This document shows, one piece after another, positions 1 to 8,137 of a DNA stretch of 17,786 nt; positions within the stretch are counted from its first letter, which is position 1; each line of letters begins with the position of its first letter. A model generated the notes under the pieces. The model made no database searches. It saw only the letters and a program-made list of their open reading frames with translations, and was not told the origin of the DNA. Both the position numbers and the translations under genes were made by a program. The DNA is from Candidatus Sigynarchaeum calidifontis (GTDB lineage: Archaea; Asgardarchaeota; Lokiarchaeia; Sigyniarchaeales; Sigyniarchaeaceae), in the NCBI GenBank assembly GCA_030587475.2, contig JAUQYZ020000144.1:1-17786 (forward strand). Reading direction: 5' to 3'.

Positions 1-512
1 TCGACGAGCTGGGCGAGTTTTACAGCGATCCCCACGACATACAGATCGCCAGGGCGTACTTGATCGAGGACGCGGCACGCCTGCTCCCGTGGGTCTCGAT
101 CGTCGATGCATTCCAGCAATGGATCTACACGACCCCGAAACAAACGCCCGCGGAACGTAACGCGTTTTTCGCCAGGCTCGTCGACCGTTTCGAGGGAGCA
201 TCAGGGATCGATTATTCTGGTCTCGACAAGCAGAAGGAGGTAATGTGGATACGCCAACCCCATATTTTCCAGTCGCCTTTCTATTATATCGAATACGGCA
301 TTGCTCAACTCGCGGCGTTCGGCATTTATAAGAATTTACGATCAAAGGGACGCACTGCAATCGACATGTACGACGCGTTCTTGCACGCTGGCAATTCAAA
401 GCCACTGCCGGAGCTGTACCGCATCGCCGGCGTGAAATTCGACTTCTCCAAGGAGTACATGGCGGAGATCATTGCATTCTTGAGGTCGGAACTTGCCGCC
501 ACCCGCTCTTGA
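1..512 (+). CDS. M3 family oligoendopeptidase (PepF/M3B-like), C-terminal part, truncated by the window edge
   Basis: The frame is open from base 3 (DELGEFYSDPHDIQIARAYLIEDAARLLPW). It carries M3B C-terminal motifs: VDAFQQWIY, WIRQPHIFQSPFYYIEYGIAQLAA and GNSKPLPELYRIAGVKFDFS. The HExxH motif lies upstream, outside the window. Confidence 0.9.
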   Translation, partial: DELGEFYSDPHDIQIARAYLIEDAARLLPWVSIVDAFQQWIYTTPKQTPAERNAFFARLVDRFEGASGIDYSGLDKQKEVMWIRQPHIFQSPFYYIEYGIAQLAAFGIYKNLRSKGRTAIDMYDAFLHAGNSKPLPELYRIAGVKFDFSKEYMAEIIAFLRSELAATRS

Positions 513-535
513 ATGGCAAGCGGCCTTCATTTCTT

Positions 536-943
536 CTATTCCCCCGGCTTCAACACCTGGCCGGGTTTCGAGGGCTTGAGCGGGAACGTGTCGGGCTTGG
601 GATGCAATGTTAGATAGAGTAGCTTGTAGCCGCCGTATGTCATTATCGCGCCTATCAGGGCGGAAACCCCGTTGTTCACGACATCCCGGAGGTAAAACAC
701 GCGCAAGGGCTCGTCATTAAAGTTATTTGCCATTTTCAGGAAGTTCGTGGCGAATGGCAGGATGAAAAACCCAACGATGACGAGTCCGCCAACTATCAAG
801 GCTAAAGAGATGAAAAAATAGATTTTCCGGCGCTTCTTGTCGACCGGCGGGATCGGCTCGGGAACGGGCGTGCTTTTTTGCTGGGGGGCGTGCTTCTTGG
901 GGGCTTCCCATAATGTCTGGTTTTTGTTATCCGTCGCCATCAC
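536..943 (-). CDS. Hypothetical membrane protein, 2 predicted TM helices, Pro/Lys-rich termini
   Basis: 135-aa ORF with hydrophobic segments IYFFISLALIVGGLVIVGFFILPF and GVSALIGAIMTYGGYKLLYL. A TATA-like TTTAATAG lies about 25 nt upstream on the minus strand. Confidence 0.75.
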   Translation of the reverse strand: MMATDNKNQTLWEAPKKHAPQQKSTPVPEPIPPVDKKRRKIYFFISLALIVGGLVIVGFFILPFATNFLKMANNFNDEPLRVFYLRDVVNNGVSALIGAIMTYGGYKLLYLTLHPKPDTFPLKPSKPGQVLKPGE

Positions 944-960
944 GGAATGTGACCAGACGA

Positions 961-980
961 AGCCTATTAAACCTTAAAGA
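961..980. promoter_or_regulatory. AT-rich divergent promoter region with TATA-like boxes
   Basis: CCTATTAAACCTTAAAG lies between divergent starts at 943/940 (-) and 1017 (+). Confidence 0.45.
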
Positions 981-1016
981 TGCGCCCGTGGTATCAAACG
1001 CGTGGTGAACCCTCAC

Positions 1017-2069
1017 ATGGGAAAAAAACAGCAGGAAGGCAAGCCATTCGCCATCGCGGCAGATGGCGTGGATCCCGAGAAAGTTCCCAAGAGAAAACTT
1101 CGCACGGGTGCCAAGATCCCCGCCATTGGCCTCGGCACCTTCGGCTCCGATCGCGTACCGGGCGAAGACATCGCTGCGGCAGTCCTCGGAGCCGCTGAAG
1201 TTGGTTACCGGCATTTTGACTGCGCCGCGGTCTACGGCAACGAGCATCTCATCGGAAAATCGCTTAAAGCCATAATGGATGGTGGTGTAAAGCGCGAGGA
1301 CTTGTGGATCACGTCGAAGCTGTGGAACGACAAGCACGGCGAGGCAGACGTGATCCCCGCGTGTGAAAAGTCGCTGAAGGACTTGCAACTCGATTACCTT
1401 GACTTGTACCTGGTCCATTGGCCGTTCCCGAACTACCATCCACCTCATTGCGACGCCAGCTCTCGATCCAAGGATGCAAAGCCATACATTCACGAGGATT
1501 ACATGAAAACATGGCGGCAGATGGAGAGGCTCGTTGACCAAGGACTCGTGAAGCACATCGGAACGTCGAACATGACCATCCCGAAGCTCCAGCTTGTCTT
1601 GCGCGACGCGCGCATCAAGCCAGAGGTCGAGGAGCTGGAACTACACCCCCATTTCCAGCAGCCTGCCATGTTCAAGTTCATCGTGGACAACGGCATGGTT
1701 TCCATCGGTTATGCCCCGATCGGCTCGCCTGCCAGGCCAGATAGGGATAAGATGCCAGGCGATACCGTGGTCACCGAGGATCCCGTCATCGTCAAGATCG
1801 CCAAGCGGCTGAACGTGCACCCGGCCGTCGTCTGCATAATGTGGGCGGTCAAACGCGGCCAGGTTCCCATCCCGATGTCTACAAACAGGAAAAATTATCT
1901 CGCGAACATCCAGGCAGCGGTAAACAACCCGCTCACCAAGGCAGATATGGACGCGATCGCCAAGATCGACAAGAACTGCCGCCTCATCAAGGGCCACGTC
2001 TTCCTCTGGAAGGAAGGGCAGACCTGGGAGGCATTGTGGGACATGGATGGCAAGATCACGCCGCCATGA
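1017..2069 (+). CDS. Aldo/keto reductase (AKR1-5-like, NADPH-dependent)
   Basis: Motifs IPAIGLGTF, GYRHFDCAAVYGNE (catalytic Asp and Tyr), ITSKLWN (Lys), DYLDLYLVHWP (His), IGTSN and ELHPHFQQ. ATG 1017 was chosen over GTG 1002. Confidence 0.95.
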   Translation: MGKKQQEGKPFAIAADGVDPEKVPKRKLRTGAKIPAIGLGTFGSDRVPGEDIAAAVLGAAEVGYRHFDCAAVYGNEHLIGKSLKAIMDGGVKREDLWITSKLWNDKHGEADVIPACEKSLKDLQLDYLDLYLVHWPFPNYHPPHCDASSRSKDAKPYIHEDYMKTWRQMERLVDQGLVKHIGTSNMTIPKLQLVLRDARIKPEVEELELHPHFQQPAMFKFIVDNGMVSIGYAPIGSPARPDRDKMPGDTVVTEDPVIVKIAKRLNVHPAVVCIMWAVKRGQVPIPMSTNRKNYLANIQAAVNNPLTKADMDAIAKIDKNCRLIKGHVFLWKEGQTWEALWDMDGKITPP

Positions 2070-2079
2070 CCCGCCAGGA

Positions 2080-2100
2080 ATTTATCTTTTCTCTTTTTCA
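2080..2100 (+). terminator. Archaeal-type oligo-T terminator
   Basis: ATTTATCTTTTCTCTTTTTCA starts about 10 nt after the AKR stop. Confidence 0.5.
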
Positions 2101-2403
2101 TCCGGCGTTCATGGCTACGCGTAAAAGATCGGCCGGCCTGTTTTACGATCCTTGACGAGCAATTGTCCCCATATGGTCATCGACCTGACGGTTGTTCCCA
2201 GATCATGGGAACAGCTGAGCGAGATGGATGATCATAAAGTAAAAGCACGCGTCGACGACGAGAACCTCGGTGATACAAGCGACGATGGGTATCTTGATCC
2301 AAAAACAGCAGGACGGCACCTTTACGAGTGTGGTCAAGGTCTCTCATGCGCGGTTCCGGTGAAATCACGCTACCACGCGCGATGGCGTCGACGGAGAAAA
2401 AAC

Positions 2404-2589
2404 CTATGTGGACCGGGCGGGTTCCCCGTCCTTGTCCACTTCCTGAATCAAACCACACCGCGTGCAGATATGGGTCGTGCCGCACGTGTGGACGAGATCT
2501 CCCTTGCATTCCATGCACTTGTGCTCCGAGAAGGATACGTTGTGGGCCGCCGCGTTGGCTGCGTTCGCTCGCCGTGCGGATCGGGTCAT
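2404..2589 (-). CDS. Small zinc-ribbon protein (TFIIB-type CxxC...CxxCG), 61 aa
   Basis: The sequence HKCMECKGDLVHTCGTTHICTRCGLIQE has two CxxC knuckles ending in the TFB-like 'C..CGLI.E'. The stop is followed directly by GTTTTTTC on the minus strand. The ORF is co-oriented with, and 36 nt downstream of, the MTase. Confidence 0.6.
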   Translation of the reverse strand: MTRSARRANAANAAAHNVSFSEHKCMECKGDLVHTCGTTHICTRCGLIQEVDKDGEPARST

Positions 2590-2625
2590 GTGGCATCCAT
2601 CACCATCGTTGTTTATCTCGCGATT

Positions 2626-3657
2626 CTAGTAGGTAACCTCAAACGCGCAATCGCCGGTTCTCGTGATTTCGCTCAGCAACGGGATCACGAGGCCGGTCTC
2701 CTGGCTCGTAACTACTGGGAACCCGTGGTGATCGTTCTTGTACTTTATTTCCTTGCCCAGGGTCACTAGTTTTTTCATGAAATCGACATGTGCACTTAAA
2801 CGCTTGCCGATGAATTCTTTCGCGAACGGTAAAAGTTGGTCCACCCGCGCCTCGATGGTTTCCTTCAGGCTCGCGTCGATCTCGAACCCGACGCTTTTCC
2901 GCCCCGAGACCATGGCGGCGAGCATGGTCGTGCCGGTCCCCACGAAGGGATCGAGGACCGTGTCTTCTTGTATGGAATACATGTTGACCAAACGGTACGC
3001 GAGCTCGAACGGGAACGCTGCGTTCCGATCCCTGCCCGCGCCGTTCGCCAGGGACTGGGACGTGCCCTTGAAGTCCCAGACATCGGAGAACCAGCTATTG
3101 CGCTCCTCCCAAAAAAACGCGCTCCGGCGGCGTCGCGCCTCGGCATCCCCCCCCTTGAAGTCCCTTTTCCCGCCTTTCCTGAAGACCAAGATGAACTCGT
3201 GCTCCAGGGTCACGTATGCCCCGGCGGGAAGCATGCCCGAGCCCATGAACTTGTTCGGGGCGTTGGTCTGCTTCCGCCACAAGATCTCCGGCAGCGATTG
3301 GAAGCCAAGATCGGCAAACGCCGATACGATCCGTGCGTGCGACGGGTAGAGCTGGAAATGCTTGCCGATCGTCCTCGTCGCGTCGCCAATGTTGATGCAA
3401 GCAAACCCGCCAGGCACCAGAACTCGACCGACTTCTCGCCACGTCTTGTCCAGCACCTCGTGCATGAGCTCGAATGCTCGCTTGCCATCCTCGGCATCGA
3501 GCGCCTCTTTTATTGCGGCATCTTGCGACGCGAACGCCTCGTCCCACATCTCGATCATCGGATAAGGCGGCGAGGTAACCACGAGGTGGATGGATTCGTC
3601 CTCCACGCCCGCGAGTACATCGGCGGGCCGGAAGTGGATCACGTGGCGGGTCTTCAT
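2626..3657 (-). CDS. Site-specific DNA methyltransferase, beta class (N4-cytosine), Zim/M.MthZI-like, probable CTAG specificity; orphan
   Basis: Catalytic VVTSPPY precedes the SAM-binding VLDPFVGTGTT (beta order). The blocks SPPYPMIEMWD, INIGDATR, KFMGSGMLPAGAYVTLEHE and FWEERNSWFSDVW match my recollection of the archaeal CTAG methylase family. No adjacent endonuclease gene. Confidence 0.9.
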   Translation of the reverse strand: MKTRHVIHFRPADVLAGVEDESIHLVVTSPPYPMIEMWDEAFASQDAAIKEALDAEDGKRAFELMHEVLDKTWREVGRVLVPGGFACINIGDATRTIGKHFQLYPSHARIVSAFADLGFQSLPEILWRKQTNAPNKFMGSGMLPAGAYVTLEHEFILVFRKGGKRDFKGGDAEARRRRSAFFWEERNSWFSDVWDFKGTSQSLANGAGRDRNAAFPFELAYRLVNMYSIQEDTVLDPFVGTGTTMLAAMVSGRKSVGFEIDASLKETIEARVDQLLPFAKEFIGKRLSAHVDFMKKLVTLGKEIKYKNDHHGFPVVTSQETGLVIPLLSEITRTGDCAFEVTY

Positions 3658-3685
3658 GGATCCTCGCTTGGAAGCCTTGTTGTCT

Positions 3686-4957
3686 TCATCGACGCGGTAT
3701 TTCCCACAAGTCGGGCAAGAAGACCGGCTCGCCCCCCCGCTTGCTACTCTCGATGGCGCCCATCGTGATGGCGAACGTCTTGATGCAATTCTCGAAACAC
3801 CGCAGTGGCTTGATTTTACCGCCGCTCTCGATGCATTGCTTCATCTCCTCGAGGATGAAGCAGTTGTTGTCGAACTCGTCTTCCGTGTTGTCGCCTTGCC
3901 ATTGCGCCGCTGGCCCGCACTCGAGGTCGGTGGGATATGGTTGCAAGTTCGATTCCGTCCACACGAGCTCTTTTTTCTCGAGCTTGCAGCCGGGCTTGAA
4001 CCCGGCGAGGTCGAAGTCGTGCGTGATCATGCGGAGCACGGGGGGCTTGTCCTTCTGGTACCCGCCCTCCATGTATTCCAGCGAACCACGGCTCCCCTGG
4101 ATCATCCAGTGCTCGCCGCGATCGAACATCCCCATGCCCTCGGCGTGACCAACGTACTGGGCGTGCACCCACGTGTCAGGGATCTTGCCTTCCTTCCACA
4201 AGCGGCGTGCCCGGTCCGTCTCGCCGCTGCACGCGAGTGGCACGTCGCCCTCGTACTCTTGCGGCGCCGCCATCTTCATACGGATGTTGATCGACGACGT
4301 CCCGTACCGGCGCGACCAGCTCGGGCGCCATAGATCTGCCGAGACGACCACCGCGTCCATCGCCGTGTAGTAGCGGAAGAGGTCCAGCGTGTGCACAGCC
4401 CAGTCCTCGAGGTAATCGTGGTCGAGGAAGCGCCGCCAGCCGTTGCGCGTCGGGTTTCCCGGGTTCCAGTATCCTGACGAGTTGAAGTCGCACTGGATCG
4501 AATCGAGCTGGCCGAGCTGCCCCGTGCCGATAGCCTTGCGCATGGCCCAGTTCGCGCGGCGCCAGTAAGGGTACTGGTGGCCGACCACGGTCGCGAGCTC
4601 CGGGTGCTCGATCGCGCACCGGGTCATTTCCAGCCCTGCCTGCATGGAATGCGCCATGTTCTTCTCGCAGATCACGTGCAAGCCGTTCCGCATGGCCTCG
4701 ATGGCCAGGCCATGGTGCGTCTCGATGGGGGTGCAGATCAGCGCCACGTCCGCCTTGATCCCCGCGTCCATCGCCTCGTCGATCGTCGTCGCGACGGCGT
4801 CATCGGGAACGCCCCAAATCTTACCGGCCCTATCAAGGAGCTCGGTGTCGATGTCCACGACCCCGGACACCTTGAAGCCGCCGTGGATGTTGATCTGGCC
4901 GAGCCAGTGATTGACCGCGTGGCCGCCGGAACCCACGACAAGGACTTTGTATGGCAT
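3686..4957 (-). CDS. Gfo/Idh/MocA family NAD(P)-dependent oxidoreductase
   Basis: N-terminal Rossmann motif KVLVVGSGGHA, then ICTPIETH, GLHVICEKNMA (EKP-like motif) and DWAVHTLD. The start was moved to ATG 4957, which has TATTTAA about 25-30 nt upstream. Confidence 0.9.
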   Translation of the reverse strand: MPYKVLVVGSGGHAVNHWLGQINIHGGFKVSGVVDIDTELLDRAGKIWGVPDDAVATTIDEAMDAGIKADVALICTPIETHHGLAIEAMRNGLHVICEKNMAHSMQAGLEMTRCAIEHPELATVVGHQYPYWRRANWAMRKAIGTGQLGQLDSIQCDFNSSGYWNPGNPTRNGWRRFLDHDYLEDWAVHTLDLFRYYTAMDAVVVSADLWRPSWSRRYGTSSINIRMKMAAPQEYEGDVPLACSGETDRARRLWKEGKIPDTWVHAQYVGHAEGMGMFDRGEHWMIQGSRGSLEYMEGGYQKDKPPVLRMITHDFDLAGFKPGCKLEKKELVWTESNLQPYPTDLECGPAAQWQGDNTEDEFDNNCFILEEMKQCIESGGKIKPLRCFENCIKTFAITMGAIESSKRGGEPVFLPDLWEIPRR

Positions 4958-4979
4958 GGTGTATGCATTGGCCCCACCC

Positions 4980-4990
4980 GTTAAATAGTC
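4980..4990 (-). promoter_or_regulatory. TATA box for a probably leaderless oxidoreductase transcript
   Basis: The minus strand reads GACTATTTAAC, with TATTTAA 24-30 nt upstream of ATG 4957. Confidence 0.5.
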
Positions 4991-5121
4991 TCCGGTTCGG
5001 TCGCGAGAAACGTGCCGCCCCGCACGCGCGGCATGATAACCGGCCATTACCGCGGTTTATCTCCCCGCCGCGCCGACATTTCCCGCGCGATAGGAAAAAT
5101 TAACCAGAGAACGTGGTGGCC

Positions 5122-5811
5122 ATGGCCATCGAACCGATCATCGAGAAACTCAACCAGAACGTGAAGGCCGCGCAAGAATCGCTCCGGTCAGAATTACTCG
5201 GCAAGGTCACGCAGCTCGCGAGCCAGGTCGACAAGTTCACGCCGGAGGTGCTGAAAGCGGAACTGGAGGCGCTTGTCGACGATTTCCTGTCCGAGTTCGT
5301 TTCGATTTATCAAGAATTCATCATGTACATCGAGGATGAGCTCCCGGGGGTCGCGACAAAGCCCAAGCCCGCCAAGCCCAGGGAGAAGGCAGCGAAAAAG
5401 GAGAAACCAGCTGACACCCGGAGACCAGACTTTGTGCGGCCGACCTACGTGCAGCGTGCTTTCAACGAGGAGGGTTTACGGGTCTCCAAGGAAGCACGCC
5501 CCCTGCTCATGGAGATCTTGAACAAGACCATCAAGGAGGACATCGACCGTATCAAGCAACAACTCCCCTCGTTCCAGGGCGGCGAGAAGGAAGGGCTGAA
5601 GAAGCGGGTCACGATTCGCCCGGGGGACGTGACACCCGAAAAGCTCGCGAGGCAAGCTCCCGCGCCCGCGCTGGCAGCACGGGCCGCCGGGGCGGCGGGA
5701 ACCTCCGTGGCCGTCGACTGCCCGCCCGCCTACGAGCGGGAGCTCGACACGCTCCCCCTGGGCGAAGCCGCGCCGGGGTACAAGGTCTCGATCGTCGTGC
5801 GGCAGGAATAG
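5122..5811 (+). CDS. Multi-domain protein with an internal archaeal-type histone fold (about 5428-5640)
   Basis: The segment FVRPTYVQRAFNEEGLRVSKEARPLLMEILNKTIKEDI...KKRVTIRPGDV parallels HMf-type 'RVSDDARITLAKIL...RKTIKAEDI', keeping the L1 RVS and L2 RxTIxxxD motifs. It is preceded by an acidic helical region and a Lys/Pro-rich linker. Confidence 0.7.
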   Translation: MAIEPIIEKLNQNVKAAQESLRSELLGKVTQLASQVDKFTPEVLKAELEALVDDFLSEFVSIYQEFIMYIEDELPGVATKPKPAKPREKAAKKEKPADTRRPDFVRPTYVQRAFNEEGLRVSKEARPLLMEILNKTIKEDIDRIKQQLPSFQGGEKEGLKKRVTIRPGDVTPEKLARQAPAPALAARAAGAAGTSVAVDCPPAYERELDTLPLGEAAPGYKVSIVVRQE

Positions 5812-6092
5812 TGCCGAAGTAATTAATCGCAATAAAACAAAGGAAATGAAAGCGATAACCGCAGGGAACCAGGATCGGGCTTCGATCCGGTCCCGCTTCG
5901 AGACCGGATTACCACAATCATGACCAGCTCGGTCACGACATCGGGTATGATCACTGGCATGAAGCTTTGGGTGCACTGATCATTTGCCTTTACAACGACT
6001 GCCGGATAGTAATGACACGAGATTTTGGTGTAACCGGTTAATAAAGCGCCACCCCAACCATCGCCGCCGTGTTAGCTGCAGCCAGACTGCGA

Positions 6093-7115
6093 TCATAGAT
6101 GCCGGAAGCACATCGGGTCCTTGCCGAGCAACCCGCGACCCGCCGCGAACGCCCTCGACCGGCACCCCCAGCACGTCCCGCCCAGATCGCAACTCCTGCA
6201 CGAATCGGGCAGGTTCGCGGGTGTCTTCAGCGCCTTGATGATCAAGTGATCCCGGTGCTTGTTGGCGATGGCGAGCAAGCTGCCATCCTTATGCACGTTG
6301 GGCGCACCCGCTTCCCGGATCGTCGCGCACGGCGTGACCGACCCGTCGCACAAGACCGCCAGCGTGGCCGAGCAATATTGTTTATTCACGCAGTTCATAG
6401 GCACCGCGCCATGACCGCTTTGTTTCGCGATCCGCTTAAAAACTTTGGCCACCTCTGGCATCGTGGGGATGAAGCGTCTGAGCTCGCCCGGATCGGTGCC
6501 TGGGCGGAGATATGTATGGTAGACGTTGAGTGACGTGGCGATGCCAAACTCGCTCTCGAAATAGTCGATGGTCCGTATCATGTCTTCGGCCGGTTGCAGC
6601 CCGGTAAAGGTCACCGAGTTGAGCATTTGGCTCGCCGGGTAGCCAGCGTCGAGCACGTGCTTGACACCCGAGAGGATGTCTTCCAGGTCGTGATCGCTCG
6701 CGGCCGGGTGCAGCAATTGATAGACACGAGGATCCACCGACGACACGTGCACCGAGATCAGCCCGTTTTTGCAAGCTCGCGCGCACTTGCCGGCCATGAC
6801 CGGGTCTCGCAGGGGGAGGCCCCCCGTCCAGAGGTTGTTCCGCAGCTCCAAGGTTTCGGCGCGGGCCATGTGCTCGAAGATCGTGCCGCGGAGCAGCGGC
6901 TCGCCCCCGAGCCACTCGATTGACGTGATGCCGAGCGCACGCGCGTCCGCCAATATCTCGGATATCAACCCGTCGTTTAAAGAATTCTTCGAGTAAGGCA
7001 GCGCGTTCATGTAACAATAGCTACAGCCTTGCATGCACTTGTCCCCGACTTCGAGCTGGAGGGCGTAGAACCCGTCCGAGTCGTACGCGGCGTGCAACCG
7101 CTCCACATCGATCAT
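6093..7115 (-). CDS. Radical SAM protein with C-terminal SPASM domain
   Basis: CMQGCSYC (CxxxCxxC), WLGGEPLL and the SPASM cysteines YCSA...GSVTPC...CRSCDLGGTCWGCRSRA...DPMC. TTTTAAA lies about 26 nt upstream. Confidence 0.93.
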   Translation of the reverse strand: MIDVERLHAAYDSDGFYALQLEVGDKCMQGCSYCYMNALPYSKNSLNDGLISEILADARALGITSIEWLGGEPLLRGTIFEHMARAETLELRNNLWTGGLPLRDPVMAGKCARACKNGLISVHVSSVDPRVYQLLHPAASDHDLEDILSGVKHVLDAGYPASQMLNSVTFTGLQPAEDMIRTIDYFESEFGIATSLNVYHTYLRPGTDPGELRRFIPTMPEVAKVFKRIAKQSGHGAVPMNCVNKQYCSATLAVLCDGSVTPCATIREAGAPNVHKDGSLLAIANKHRDHLIIKALKTPANLPDSCRSCDLGGTCWGCRSRAFAAGRGLLGKDPMCFRHL

Positions 7116-7161
7116 GTTCGATGATACAATCGAGCGCTCCTTTAAAAAAACGGGTCCGCGG

Positions 7162-7420
7162 TCACGGGTTGCAATATTTAGATGCGATGTCGCCTGGAAC
7201 CTTATTCCTATTGGCTATCGTTATTTCGATGCAGTCGTAGCATGCCGCGAGGCGATTGTGCACCACGGCCACGAGATGCTTGTCACTTCGCACGAGATCA
7301 TCAACCAAGTGCTTGAAATCGTCTGATTTCAGTTCCATCGGCCCGATCTCGTCCAGGAATACGATGTCAGCCTTGGTTCCTCGCAATATCGCAACGGCCC
7401 GCGCGATCCCCGCGAGGTTA
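7162..7420 (-). pseudogene. 5'-truncated THEP1/NTPase-1 family nucleoside triphosphatase remnant
   Basis: NLAGIARAVAILRGTKADIVFLDEIGPMELKSDDF...LVAVVH...ITIANRN corresponds to the C-terminal half of the family (Walker B DEIGxME). No Walker A is present, and the frame is closed upstream by TGA at 7441-7443. Confidence 0.7.
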
Positions 7421-7423
7421 CCT

Positions 7424-7963
7424 TTACGGGTTGAGAAACATCACCTGGCTGAGTGCCGTGGTCACGATCATGACCGACGACAGCACGACTATCAAGAAAA
7501 CCTCGTGCCGCTGGAACTGCCGTTTCACGACCTTGCACGCCCAGAGGATCGTGAGGCCGATCGAGGCGACGATGAACGCGATTTCCTTGACGGGGTACCA
7601 CGCCGCCGGGAACAGGATCTTGAAGAACTGGTTGACGGGCTCGTCGGGCAGGCTGGCGAACTGGAGGAACGAGTTGGCGGCGCACTGGTAAAGCGACAAG
7701 ATCCAGAACCAGCACAGGAACACGTCGGCAACGTGCAGCTTTGGCAATCGATAGAGGAGGGTCATGACGAACGCCCCCACGGCCACGACGGTGGCCGTGC
7801 CGAGCTCGTTCCCGAGCACATGTAGCGCGAGATTGACCGCCACGTTCCCCCACGTGATGCCTTGAAAAGCGACCTGGATATATATACCGATCGCGTAGAG
7901 GACGAAGGCGACGATCGTGGTGATGTTCAACCAGAACAATTTTTGCAACCGCACCATCTCCAC
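7424..7963 (-). CDS. Hypothetical integral membrane protein (about 5 TM helices)
   Basis: 179-aa ORF with five long hydrophobic stretches. The start is GTG 7963 or ATG 7957. Confidence 0.75.
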   Translation of the reverse strand: MEMVRLQKLFWLNITTIVAFVLYAIGIYIQVAFQGITWGNVAVNLALHVLGNELGTATVVAVGAFVMTLLYRLPKLHVADVFLCWFWILSLYQCAANSFLQFASLPDEPVNQFFKILFPAAWYPVKEIAFIVASIGLTILWACKVVKRQFQRHEVFLIVVLSSVMIVTTALSQVMFLNP

Positions 7964-8137
7964 TTGCCTTTATTATTCGTTCTATCGTCCAAGTCATGTA
8001 TCTTTAACTTTCTACGTGGCCAAGGACACCAACAAACAAGTTCTTGCATAGGATTTGTCTGCCAGGGCCGGTTTTTATGTGTTAAAAAACGCGAATTGTA
8101 TCTCGAATTGATATACGTGGACGTGGCATTTGTTGAC

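Noticed and set aside
2191-2216. Hairpin TGTTCCCA-GATCA-TGGGAACA and nearby CGTAAAA...TTTTACG (about 2120-2147)
   Set aside because: These are short isolated stems between convergent genes with no further support, so they are compatible with chance or simple terminators.
2152-2769. 205-aa plus-strand ORF, and the 139-aa minus-strand ORF at 2177-2596
   Set aside because: Neither has recognisable motifs. They overlap the zinc-ribbon ORF (the plus-strand ORF also the MTase end), which are better supported. A short acidic gene within 2173-2400 cannot be excluded.
6093-7115. Radical SAM/SPASM protein as a RiPP maturase cluster
   Set aside because: No convincing precursor peptide, RRE/PqqD domain, protease or transporter is adjacent. 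The substrate cannot be inferred.
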